A stretch of DNA of 59,119 nt, counting the filler, from Sphacelaria rigidula (taxonomy: Eukaryota): assembly GCA_964200075.2 (NCBI GenBank). It is 5 parts of 5 records of this genome, joined end to end, with 100 filler letters (N's around TTAATTAATTAA, not from the genome) between each part and the next. Parts side by side here need not be neighbours in the genome. Positions count along the whole stretch, not along the records: positions 23,691 to 35,435 come from CAXNAA020004562.1; positions 35,536 to 47,277 come from CAXNAA020004563.1; 3 more parts are not named here. One strand, given 5' to 3'. Every line of letters starts with the position of its first letter. The stretch's first letter is position 1. The notes below the pieces were generated by a model. The model was given only the letters and a program-made list of their open reading frames with translations. It did not search any database and was not told the DNA's origin. A program made the translations under genes and the position numbers. Of this stretch, positions 23,759 through 36,299 are shown piece after piece.

Positions 23759-26700
23759 AAGTGATGAAGCGGGCGTTCTGCTCGAGAGGGCCTCGGCACA
23801 GGTGTGACCACCTACTGACGTGTTCATTATTCCCCCGCACTTCTGTTTATTTTTAGTTTGCCGCTGATTTCTTGGTCGTTAGGCCCTCCAGTCCCACCCA
23901 TGACTGTTGTGGTTCTTTCTGTACTACGTGCTAATCGGGGCAAAAAGAGTGAAGAGGCCATTCGAGCAAATCATTAACGACCACAGACAAAAAATCTCGT
24001 TTTCCTTCTTCGTCCTGGGGGATTCTCCGCCCAAATACACCTGTTTTTACTATCCAATCTCTTGATGGGTTGGCGCGCGCGCAGGCAAACACCCTCCCTG
24101 TTCATACACTCTATCCCTGGCTGACCATCCACAACCACCCTTCAGCCCTGGTCTTGTCCGTGTGCTTCGAAGGCGTACGCTTTGAACCTGAAAGAACATG
24201 GCTCCATACCCATAGGGTAACCTCTGCATTGAATTAAATTAAACGCGCGGAACACGTTATTTTCAGGCAGCACGCGCGCCAGCGCGTGCGACGTCATGCC
24301 AGCAGCGCACTTGTGCACTACAGCGTTGTGCTCCCCTGTGGCAGCCCATCACGGAATCGCTCCTCATGTTTCATCATGCTTTATTCGGAAACACGCAAAA
24401 GAGATGCCAGCGAGTCCATCGTTATTCCGCTTGGAGGTGTAGAATAAGTTTTTTTGTCGATCGAGTACTGCCGCATGCTGAGTGCTGTACATATTAGATA
24501 CCGTACTACTCGTAGTTCAAAACGGATACTCGTATGCATGAAAAGATACGACCGGCATGCTCTGCTTATCATGAATTGTTCACGAGGTGCGGGAGGCGTA
24601 GTTTCTGTCAAGGAATGCAAGGACGCAACGGTACTGCAGTACAGGCAGTTTTGATTATTGGCATGAAACACGTGATTCGAACGAGACACAGGACAAAGCA
24701 TTTACATTATAATACCTGGGCGTTGTGGTACTAAAATGAGTCCCGCCAGTCCGTCCACTACCTACCCTAAGGAGATAGATACCACGTGTAAATGCAGTAT
24801 AAGTTACCTTATGCTCGACTCTACCATGACATGCCGCTGCGACTTCTCACTGTAGCGTCAACACTCGTTTCGCTGTCATCACACAAAAATATACGAGCAG
24901 TTTACTGTAGACGACGAAGAAAGAGTAACATGGATAGGTACTTGACCTAAACCATTGCTTGAAAAATTTTCACCATCGAACTGTAAAATATTAATAGTCA
25001 CAACCAAACGCCATATAGAATACCAGTAGTACCTGAATACATGTTCTCCATTTGTGTCCTTCTCTCGACCACTTGACTATAGGTGAAAACACAAATATCG
25101 CACATAAATATAAAAATAAGTTAGGTGACGCCTGACTCCAACATGCCATGCCGCCACGAGTTCTTAATGCAAGTGGCAACACTTGCTTCGCTGTCACTGC
25201 ACATAAGAAGGTACACACAGTTGTACTGAAAACGACCAAAAAATATTTACATCAATGGGTACTTGAACTGCATCATTGCTCGAGAACATCACATCATCAC
25301 GTCGCAAGGAGCCCAGGTCATGACGCGACCACTGCTTCATGTGCACGCTCCGGTTGAAACTGTAGTGCTACCTAGCGGCGCTCTTACGCGTTGTCAAAAG
25401 TACACATTTTCCGAACGGGGCGGTCAGTCAACTTGAATGGCTGCCGGTTCCACGGCTGGCTGTGCTCTCGCTTTCCTTTTCTTCTTTGGCGGCATAGCTC
25501 CCAGGCAACCTCCTGGATGATCATCATCACCCGTGCAGCGGCACTCCTCGCCACCAAAGCGGCGGATGCCTGTGGCTGTGCTGTTGGGGATTGGGCGACG
25601 GCGCATGTTTTGGGGGACGGAACACGTCGCGCCGTCAATGATGTTTACGGCAGTAACTTTTCTAGCTTTAGGCAAACTCTGCCGATGGTACTTCGCGAAC
25701 GGCCCAATCTGACATTTGACACCTGAAACGTTGCTGGAGTTGACACCATCCATGGCTCCGCCGCAGCTGCCGTGGCGCCTTCGACCACGGCAGGAATACA
25801 AGGGCTGCCGCGCAGTGAAGCATTCTTCTCTCTGACAGGAACGCATGGCCTCTTTCTGATTGATTTTATCGTGATACCTGAGTCGTGGTGGGAAAAGGTG
25901 AGCATGAAAAGCACAACGACACCGAGCATAATGTATATACGGTATGATGGGTGAGTACAGGGCAAAGAAAAAACTGAACGTACATGAAGTTCGACTCAGT
26001 AACTTCAGAACAATCTACACCGTCCTTCTCGACGCTGCATGTGACTTACGATGCCCAGTAAGCTTTCATGTGAGCAGCTGCGTTCCTGAATATGTGCGAT
26101 ACTGGACTCTTGCTTTTCTCCATGAGCTCCACACTCTGGTTCCACTCAAGCGCAAATCGGTCGAAGTTCAGGGAACTCTGCCCGCTGCCGCTGCTGATGT
26201 ACTTTGGAAAATCCGAGTCGAACTTGGCCCTCTCCGCCATGGTGATCAGCGGTACCGCGGGGATGGTGAATCCCTGCATTTCGCCGAGCGTCGCCGCGGA
26301 CTCGATGAAACCCTCGAGCGGCAGCACTTTGTCAACCCCCGAGTAGATCCCATCGGCATCATCGTCGTCACAATCATCATTTTGCGCAAGAATGCTGGAC
26401 ACGAAACCACATTTCTCTCCCGTGTCGCGGTAAGCACCCGTAGGAACCCAGGTGGGGTACTGTGCCTCTCCAAATAGAATGTGAGTCATCCTCTGGAGAT
26501 GGGCAAGCGTATGTGAGAGCAGTCGAAAAATCAGGAAGTGTATCGAGGGATATTGCATCGAAAGTTTGTTGAACATCAGAAGGAAAGTCACCCTGGCAAA
26601 ATACCGGACTTGTCACAATACGGCGAGCAAACATCACTACGAAATCCGCCTGCCCGATAACATCAGGAATATTCACACTGATCCTAACAAGAACAGGGGG

Positions 26701-28589
26701 GAGAGATCGCAAGCGATTTTTTTCGTAGCTGCTGCTGTGTGCATGAACACGTGATACCTGAAGAGCTTCGATGACGGGTTGGTCGAAGAAGCCAGCCACG
26801 GCAGGATCAAAACGCCTGTTCTTGTCACCTTGTCGCATGTTCCACTGGTAGTTGTGTTCAAGGAGCATGCCGTTGGCTAAGGGCGGTGACACAACCCACG
26901 ACATGAGCATTCGCATGCGCAAGTGATAGCCCTCGAGGTCATTTGTCCCACGTACGCATCGGTATTGCGGCGCCCCAGTCTCTGGGTCCTTCCCAGTCTC
27001 GAAGTACAGAGGAACCCCCGACAAGATCGCTGACGCACCCAGCGATGATATGCTGCCGGAGTCGTTTCACCGCTTCCCATGCCTCGGGTCGCAGGAGAGG
27101 CTGCTTGGTCTTCTTGTCGATGACGTTGCCGTACACCCGATTGACGAGATCGAATCGTTTCAGCAGCTCAGCTGGAAGAGGAATGAACCTATATATTGAG
27201 AGCAATAGAAAACAAGAAACGAGGAATTAGCGGACGGGGACATTGGAGTAATGAGACAAGAGGGTACGCACAGGCGTGTATTCTAGCTTGACCAAGAGTT
27301 GAACAGCCGACACTGCTCAAACGTGAAGTCATCAAAGAATTCACGCCGTGAAGGGGCTGCATACCCGATGTCAACAACAAACCCCACCCAACCTTCGACA
27401 CTTCGAGAGGAAACATCCCCAGTCCGTTCTCTTCTCCTCCTCGATTTATTCTTCAGAGTAGCCCATGTGCCGTAAAGTTTCAACTACGGTGTCGAAGTCC
27501 TTCTTATATAGTCGGAAAAACACGTCCCGAAGCCATCCAGTATACGGAGAAGTGCCGCCGTGAAATTTGGGGGTCAGCTTGGTCACCCGTTGCATAGCAT
27601 GGAAGACATCGAGCTTAACTTCAACCTGAGCAGTCTGCAAAGCATTGAAGCGAGCGTTATGTTGTGCACGGGGGGAAAGCGGGCGTTAGTGTACGACGGG
27701 TGAAAAACACTGCAACTGAATGACTGTCCCCCACCAATGACAACAAAGTGCAAAGACCCGTTCACTCCGCCAACAATCATCACCTGGAGAGGGTCATGTT
27801 CTTGTTGTTCTGTGACGACTTCGTCAAGTATGTCCACATTAGTAGGGTCTGAACTGTCGAAGCCGCAAGCCTGGAGGAAGATTTCTCGCGCATCCTCGGT
27901 TTCGAACGCTGAAAGGTCCAGCTCTGCCGCCGCCCGCTCCTCGGCAGAAAGAGATGCACCGGAAGCCATGTCCAGCAGATCAACCGCAGCCGCGCTTAGT
28001 TGCTCCAATCCGCACAGCTCTCCGACGAAGAAAGACCCTTATGGGGTTACGTACAGACTCTCAACAGTGAAGTCCTTGTGACACCCAGCGATCCGGGCCT
28101 CAGCACCCGCCCCTGCGACCGCGCTGCTGGCGGCGCCCGCTACCAAACCTCCGCTGCTGGCAGCACCAGCTTCTGCAGCCCTACTGCTCACCGTGCCCGT
28201 CCCTGCGCCCTCGCTGCTGGCAGCGCCCGCTCCCACACCCCCGCTGTTGATAGCTTTTCGCATGCGACGGCTGTTCCACAGCACGAGCTCGCCCACTCTG
28301 TCGACGACCTTCGCCCTTTCTTGAGTTCCACCTCTGTCGCTGTCTTGGTACATGACGTGCGTTCGATTTACCAATGCCCGATCAATACGCACAACCCATC
28401 GTTGCGGTTTGTTTCGAGTGGTTCGTTTGCCGACCGCCAATCCCGAATTGCCCCACATGTGATGCGGGTATTCCTCTAGAACACCTTCCGCGACACAAAC
28501 AGGGCCTGTCTCCATGTAGAGACGGGCAAGATCCCCTGCCTTGAGATCATCCGGCTTCTCGAAGATGGGATCTGATAGCTGCACAATAC

Positions 28590-29440
28590 GGCCATAAAGC
28601 GCGAGCGATGCATGCGCATCTCGTGCAGCATACCTGCGCAGTGTAGAGGCGACGGATGCAAATGTGTGGAGTGATGGTCAAGAACGACGAAGTTTAGCAG
28701 GAGAAAATGCATCGACATAAAAAAATGACAGCAACACTGCGAGCTGGAGCCACGCCATCATGATGTCAGTAAACAAGAGGATGGCGCGGTGTGCAGTCAG
28801 CTTGCTCAAAACTGCGATTTTCCTCTATTGCGGAAGTGGCCCTGTTGACTGCAATTCACACGCCCCTCTGTAAGAATTCAACAGTAGAGGTCCACGACAA
28901 TTCAGGCAAACAGAACATAAGGATGACATCATGTCGACGGATGCAATCGTTCGGAAGCAACAAGAACAACACAACATGCCTAAATCCGCATTACAACCAA
29001 CTGCGGCAATACAAACACTCACCCCTTCTGGGCGTCCGAAAGATTCAGCGTGTTCCATTTTGACACCCGTACATGTTTCTCTTTCTCCAGGCGCTTTCCG
29101 AGAAGGTCAGCGCATAGATCTGCGAGACCGTTTCTTCCCAACTTCACCTGGCGGTCACGGCCAAACCTAACCAAGTCGACGGCGTTCGCGACTTCCACGT
29201 TGTAGAAATTCCGTAGCCGTGTACAGTCGGCAGAAATCGCAACACCGGCCTTCACGATCTTTGAGTTCTCCAAAAGATCCTGCAGTGACGATGGAAGCCC
29301 CTTGGGTGCCAACCTCTGGCCGTGCAAAACTTCAAATATCACCACGAGTTTTCCTGCAGCCAACTGAATAACGGCAGGAGGATTTTGAGAGCTACCGACC
29401 CCCGGTAGCTCTCACTCGATGTCCAGGCCCATAACGTGGT
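28590..29440 (-). pseudogene. WRN/Mut-7-like DEDDy 3'-5' exonuclease domain within the transposase gene
   Basis: ExoI VMGLDIE(*, where W is expected), PAVIQLA, ExoII KAGVAISAD, RVSKW..LSDAQK, then across intron 28634-29022 ExoIII YAARDA. Confidence 0.88.
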
Positions 29441-30332
29441 CGTTCGCCGCGACCTCGCCCTCAAGTTTTTAGCACAAATCTTCCAACGCACTACTCTGCT
29501 GGCTTGCCCGAACGCAAACAACGTCAACATCATCCAGGATCTCATACAGCGGCTGTTCCGGTCCCGTTGGCTCCGGGTCTCCGAGGCGGTACTCCCACCC
29601 TTCGTCCCGAAGTTCGTTGAGTATCTCACGGAGAAGCTGTTGGTCATCACAACACAAATCCGTGTACAATACCCGAGGGAGCTTGAATCCGCTGTCTCTG
29701 TAGCGAGCCCTCAGCAACAGCTTCAGGTCTGCCTTGATCTTTCTTAGTGATGCGCCAACCAAGCCCTTGTGCATGACCACCTACAGCACAAGAAAGCGAC
29801 ATGCAAAATACATAAAAAACAGACGAGGTGGGCGCTACAGCAATCGACTCAATACGCATACTGGGGTACCGTACCGTACAGCACTGCAAACATAACGGGT
29901 AAGATCACATTATTCATGAATGCGACATAGCCTCAGAACGACCTTCGGTTTATCATCACCGCACTGACTGACCGCACACCGTGGCCCACCTGCTCGAACT
30001 CGTTGAAAACGGTCATCACACAGTAGATGGGCCGTGTGTCTGTCCCTTTCCCATCGTGTAATCGAACCAATTTGACGAATTTGTGCGAGCCGTCCATGCT
30101 GAGCACAGTCCCATCAATCTGCTGTTGGCGTCGCTGCAAGAAATATTCACGAGTCCAACCCTCCTGCAAGTGCGTGGGTCAGGAGAAAGTATCGATGGGT
30201 AAAAGAAAAGGTCACCATCGCAACGGAATAATCAGTAACAAGTTGGGGACACGAGCAAAAACATTTTTCGTATACAAAGAGACCAAGATTAGCCAACGTT
30301 GCAAGAGAGTCGTGAATATTCTATCAACACAC

Positions 30333-31312
30333 CTCGCCCTCCCCTCCTTTGACATAATTGTCGAGCCTGGCAACTGGCCGCCTCTCCTGGACTTCATGCC
30401 ACAAGGACCTGAGGTAGTTCGCAGACGGAGTGTTGCCATTGTAATACCTTCGGTTGTCAAAGTCGCTGAATATTTCCTCCTTCACCGGTATATCCACCGA
30501 GGGGATTCTCCTATCCCACAACAGCTTGCTGTAGTACGTCATTTCTTGGTCGTGGTAGCGCACTAGATGCGTTTGCCTGATTCTCTCTGCACAGGCTTTC
30601 AAACTCTTCCCTCTTCCAACGACGTTGTCACGCAAGTCGTTGACGATATCCTTGTGCACCGCTGACTTCTTCGTGAGGATGAACGGAAAGCTCTCCTGAA
30701 CGTAGATGGGAAGCTGGCTCAAGACCGCGGGGTCCCACGCCCTGAATGATTCAGGTACCTTCTTCTGTTCCTGCACGAGGGTAGTTTTCATTATGGACGC
30801 GCACAACGGTTATCATTCGCAAGCGGCGGGAGTGTCCAGCAAAGCAACTCCAAGGTCCTCCAGCGAAAATATACGATGAATGAATGTTTTGGCTAGTTCG
30901 GCCAAGCCATGTAAAAAAGACATGCCATCAACAGCGAAAATATGAAGACGTACTTCGTGCTCTTGTTATCGTTTTCACAAGCGTGACATATGTACCAGTA
31001 CGTCGTCATGTCGCAGCACTCGTCCCTTATAACGCCCACTCTGGATATGTGTGAGATCCACCCCTTCTTGGTCACATCCTTGGCGGTCTTGTGTCGGGGG
31101 CAAGGCAGCTTGTCGCCGAAGTGCGCTTGTACTTCCGGACATTGCATTTCAGGCCGCCACACGAACACGGGGCGTAAATGGAAATCGCTCGCCCGTGTTC
31201 GGGCGTTAACTACAGGGTTTCGCGGTCTCACGAAAAAATCGTCGTACGGGTAGCTGCTTGCTTTCGCGATTTCCCTCTGCACCTCCTCCACACGCTGTTG
31301 CTGCGGAGTCAA
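30333..31312 (-). pseudogene. DUF6729-like Cys/Zn-binding N-terminal domain (two exons)
   Basis: FHLRPVFVWRP..LPCP..GW..SRV..YICHAC, then SFRAWDPAVLSQLP..FPFILTKKSAV. The pattern is recalled as DUF6729 and has not been HMM-verified. Confidence 0.65.
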
Positions 31313-32993
31313 CTGCGGCTGAAGAACATCACAGCAAATGCGAGTGAAGATCGGCAGCCAGGGAGCGAAGGTGAATGCAAAGTCAGTTCACTGTGCATTT
31401 CTGTAATGCTCATCACAGTACAGCACAGAACAGTACACCACACCAAAACAGCAAACGCGTTCATGCGGCTGCCTGCAATTATGCGAAGCTAGGGATGCCT
31501 TGTACTGTACCATGTACCCGCAGAAGTGGTTCAGAGTGGTCTACTTCTACCTGTCCAGATCTGATCGACCTGACAGTCGCCGCCACCTGCCGCGCCACCT
31601 GGAGCATCACCTCGGACAACGCCCGCCGACCCACTCTGCTGAGATGCAAAAAGTCCCTCGTCCGCACCGATGTTACTACCATCCTGCTGCCGAGTGCCCC
31701 TTGGTCCTCCGCTCGCACGAGAGCTTCCACCACCCCCATGTGTTCCTGCTGATCCTCCGCTGGCTCCAGAGCTGCTACTATCCTGCCCAGTTCCGCGTGA
31801 CTCCCCGCTTGCACGAGAGCTGCCATAATCTCGCGGAAGTGCGCTGGAACAGGAGCTTTGAACGTCTTGATGAGTTGCCGATGATCCCCCACTGGCACCA
31901 GAGCGATGACTACCCTGCCGAGATCTTGATGGTCCTCCACTGGCACCAGAGTTAGAACTTTCAGCGGCAGGAGTATCGCGCCAGAAGCGTGCGTGGGCCC
32001 TTCGAGAGGCCTCTTCTTTAGCTAACCTTCGCCGTTTGTCGCCAGCGCTCTCTTTGCCAGGTTTCGCTGAACCCGGCCGATTTCTTTTTTCTGGAGGTCG
32101 ACCGCGGCCAGGAGCCACCACTTGCTGCTGACCAAGCAGCAGCAGGGAAAAAACTAGAGCAACAGCTGGACATTTCATGCTTAGTACATGCAGATTTTCG
32201 GCGAACCGCGCCACCCCATGTACAACGGCTGTGTCAACCTCATCCAACTACGTACATTCACTTAGCCATCATCCCAAGCACGCCGCGGTGCTTTCCGCCA
32301 TGCTCCTAATGCTCGGCACGCCCTGATTGTCTATGCACATCAATGCACATCAATGTTTTTTTTTATTGTCAGGCGTCATTTAGGCCATGACTTGAAAACA
32401 ATTATGGGTCCTACTTCGTATACTTTAATCAAGTTGCGCACATCAATACACAGGTTACCCTATGAGCGTGGAGCCTAAAACATACGAAGTATATATTTTC
32501 GGCTTTTACTCATGTGACCGCGGGACGTGCCCTGAAATGGCTACCGCAGGATGATGCATCGGGGTTTGAAGCACCCAACACATACAACAATCTGCATTCG
32601 AATCGCGCCCGCAACCGTGAAGAACCGCGTGAGCAATATTTACTGCTCGATGGAGTTTCCCCTGCAACGCGCCGTCCCCAAAAAATGCTAGTGGAAAACA
32701 ATCACAGCCAAAAGGGGCTCGGGGAAACGTCGCGGGGGAGGTCTGAATCGGTCGCGGAGTAACTTTAGTTTGGTGTGCACATGTGTTAATAAGATGCAGT
32801 CGGACATTTTCTGTTGAGGAAAGCGCCATGGGTTGTGTACACTACCGCAAAAGGAACCTACAGTCTTACGCCAAAAAAAAAAGAAGCAAGTCAACTGCCA
32901 AGATCCCCGCATACAAAAATCATACGCACCTCATGTATCTTTCGACGGTTAAACAGGGTTTAGTACTGTAATTTCAGTACAAATCAAGGGTTA

Positions 32994-33235
32994 TTTTGCT
33001 TGTGGATTTCTCCGACGTGTCTGTTCTATCGAGCCTGAAACTCGGCACAGAGGTAGACCACAACACAGACAACATATTCCCGGAGCGGCGGCACGTTTTA
33101 CGTGGTGCGCTAGACGAACGAAGCAAAATACGGATTTTGGGCAATGCCATCGATACGCCCTCAAAACGCAGTCCCCTCGGCCCAGACTGCGTGAGACGTC
33201 AGTGGATGCATATGTCGACACGCAGATACACTCAC
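32994..33235 (+). repeat. Dispersed repeat, diverged copy at ~39936-40185
   Basis: Shared colinear blocks tgtggatttctc / tgaaact..gcaca / cacaacacaga / aatgcc.tc.at.cgcc.tcaaa / gcccagact / cgcagat.cac. Confidence 0.6.
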
Positions 33236-34220
33236 TTCCTGCTGGGTGGCTCCTGCCCCGGCAAACGAACACATCGATCCGTATTGCGCACACTCTGGAT
33301 GATGTCATTCTACGCGGTACCTATCTTGGTATCGCCTGTAGAGGTGCTCATTTCAAGAGACACGACCGTGCAAGCGCTGTTCGTGCTCTTACGAGCTGAA
33401 ACTTCGACCACATGTCGTGTAGACTACAGACAACAACCCCATCTTGCTGAATCTGGGGTTGCGCGGTGTGTGCGTGCGTATTAGGGCGAAAATATGTCGG
33501 ATTTTGTTCCGATTTTTTTTTTTGGTATAAGACTGCCTAAGGTGAAGAACATGGCGTATACTGGGACAGACAACATCATGGTGACTGAATTATGCTCTCC
33601 TCTTCGTCTTTGGTGTTGATTGTATTGGTACCGCCATGTCCACCGTACCGCCTCAACAGCCTCCGTCCGCTGCGACTTGAGCTTTTACGTCGGGTCACAC
33701 GGACAAGTTTTACTCACCCTGCATTTACTCCGGGTCGGTCATCTGTTGTATCGGCATACTTTCCACTTGAAAAATGAAGGCAAAATCAGATGATCCAGTC
33801 GGAGGTCGGAGAGGCTACCGTCTTCAGATATTCTGACTTGAAAAATGAACACAAGACACCACCCTGGTTCTCAAGCGTCGCTTTTTGAGCGGGCGGGGAG
33901 AGGTGACGCTCTGGGCGCCTGAAGTCTTGATTATGATAATTTCTTCGTAATTGACGATTTTGTTAGGCTCTTTTCCTTGCCACCACCGATCACATTGAGG
34001 ATCTGAAGACTGTGCCCGCTCCCTATTTCAAGAAGAAAAACATCTGTACTCGATATTGAGTGACTTCCGGGCTGATCGGTCATCGGGGGTCCTTTAACGA
34101 TTTAGCCCAGATTCTGACCCTTCGGTATTTTCGGTCGATCTAGCCTATCCCGATCGTATTTGTCAAGAACCATCTTATACAGGCCGGTTCACGCTCATCA
34201 CCCAAAAAACACTCATCGGC

Positions 34221-34495
34221 AAAACCTCACGCCGTTTTAAGGAGGTAGACCCTGAAATTTTGCACGAATGTCCTATGGGTCATTACGCAACTTTGCAGGA
34301 ACGTTTTTTTTTTCCACTTTTTTCACCGTTTTTCGGGGGTCCCAGTTTTTTGGGGGAAACCTCGACCCCATCGGACCCCCGTAAAACGGCAACAAAAAAG
34401 TGAAGAAAAAAACGTTGCTGCAAAGGTGCGTAATGACCCATATAACATTCGTGCAAATTTTCAGGGTCTAACTCCTTGAAAGGGCGAAGGTTTTT
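34221..34495. repeat. ~275-bp foldback palindrome (MITE-like); third arm copy at ~34760-34885
   Basis: aaggag.tagaccctgaaa.tttgcacgaatgt...gggtcattacgca...cgggggtcc pairs with ggacccccg...tgcgtaatgaccc...acattcgtgcaaa.tttcagggtcta.ctcctt. Confidence 0.85.
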
Positions 34496-35435
34496 GGCCT
34501 TTGTTTGATCAAGTTTGCCGTACCGAAGTGAAACCGCAAACTACTCGATTTTAGAATCAAAACGGCGTTTTGGGGCCTTCTTTGACGTGAACATGGAAAT
34601 TCAAGCATCAGTTGACCGAGTTTTGCGACGAAAATTTGTGGAGCCTATCCTTGGGTTATGCGGAGGCAGATAGTTTGCGAAAAAATAAAAAATAAATCGT
34701 AGTGCCGTTTTGTGGGGTCCCAGAAAGGAGACTACCTCGAAAAACGACTTCGATCCCGTCGGACCCCCGAAAACGGTGAAAAACTCAAGAAGTACAAAAA
34801 ACATCGTCCGAAGAAAGATGCGTAATGCTACATGACATACTAATGCGAAGTTTCACGATCTAACTCCTCATGACTGTGAAAGTTTGCGCGTTTGTGGAGG
34901 ACGTGGGCTTGAAACGTGCAACTCCTAACTACTTGGTTTTAGTATGGAAGCGTCTTTTGGGGTGAATTTGACGTTAAGGCAAGAGAAACTGTATGAGGTT
35001 TTTCGAGTTTTTTTCCATCAGACTTTTTACATGTGTTCCTTGGACTCCCCCGGGACGCATCATTTAATTATTTTTCTCTTTTGGCATTCTGTACCGCCTT
35101 CCGGGGGTCTTCATGCTGGGACCCTCGGAAGCCGGTAGAGAACGGATAAAACATTATATATTGCCAAGAAAACAATTTTTCCATTTTGAGCACCAACACC
35201 TACGGAACTGCAGAGTTTGAGGGCGATCTGAGCTTTTCTACAACAGATATAGAGGACACCGTCACGAGGCTCCCTGGGTCTTTCGTGCGTATCATGAGTA
35301 GAAATTAGACAACGCCAACACCCGACATCACCGGAACATAACGGTTTCGGGTATAATTCGACCCCCGTAGTAACCGTTTTGAAAAATATGATTTTCTCGT
35401 TAGATTCCCGTGTCGATGACGGTTACCACGATTTG

Positions 35436-35535
35436 NNNNNNNNNNNNNNNNNNNNNNNNNNNNNNNNNNNNNNNNNNNNTTAATTAATTAANNNNNNNNN
35501 NNNNNNNNNNNNNNNNNNNNNNNNNNNNNNNNNNN
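35436..35535. other. Artificial contig spacer
   Basis: N44-TTAATTAATTAA-N44. Confidence 0.97.
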
Positions 35536-36299
35536 CCCGCAACCCCCGGGGGTGGCGGAGGGTCGGGGAGGGCCCCCCCCCGGCCGGGGGGGGGGGGGGG
35601 GGGGGGGGGGAGGCGGGGTGATATCAGAGATCCCCGTTCCAGATTTTGTCCACGGAGAGGGTGTGGGGGAGCTGGAATGATCATCATCGTCTATATCAAG
35701 GCCGACGCCGACGCCAGCGCCGACGCCGATACCTACGCCGACGTTCACATCGGCATCGTACACTCCCTCGTCGCCCGCACTGTCACCCTCTTCAACGGGT
35801 CCCTCGCAAGACAGCGGGGGGCACGGCGACGCTCCTCAGCTCTCGAGTTCCGAGCGACGCCGTCTCACGTGGGCCGACGAGTTACCGGCATGAAGGGCGG
35901 GGCGCACGAGGAGCCAAACGCGTGAAGCCATGGGGTCGGCACATACACACGGCGAGACGCTGGTGGCTAGCGAAGGGTGAAGATCAAAAAGGAAGCGGAG
36001 ATGGCGCTGGCGGGGATGGCCGAGGACAAATGCTCAGCCACAGAGATGATCATCGCGGCAGCAGGACAGGTGGTAGGTCAAAACGCAATTTTCTCGATAC
36101 AGAACGAGTTGGCCGACAACGACTTTTTGTTTTGTTGCTGAGGAAGACAGAGTAGGGCAGCCTGAAATCGGCTTGCGTTCACCGGTTGGCTTGAATGTAA
36201 GCGAAGTAGGGGCAGCACCCACCAGTATGGATGACATAGCAAAATCAGAGTTCCGAGAGGCAGGTTTGCCGGGATACAGGCCGAACTTGGAGGTCATGA

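Larger units (their letters stand above)
25424..32247 (-). pseudogene. Intron-containing DUF6729-type / Mutator-like DDE transposase gene with an inserted DEDDy 3'-5' exonuclease; disabled
   Basis: Colinear minus-strand exons: GRGRPP/low-complexity N-terminus; Cys-rich domain; SMDGSHK (D, ~30093); LYTDLCC (D, ~29659); exonuclease; VKLDVFHAMQR (DxxH, ~27609); YRCVRGTNDLEGYH (E, ~26933); C-terminal PPKKKRKAR NLS. Frame-preserving GT-AG introns at 30164-30332, 29781-29989 and 28634-29022. In-frame stops at ~29470, 29412-29414, ~28040 and ~27447, and a frameshift at ~27020. Outer boundaries are approximate. Confidence 0.85.
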
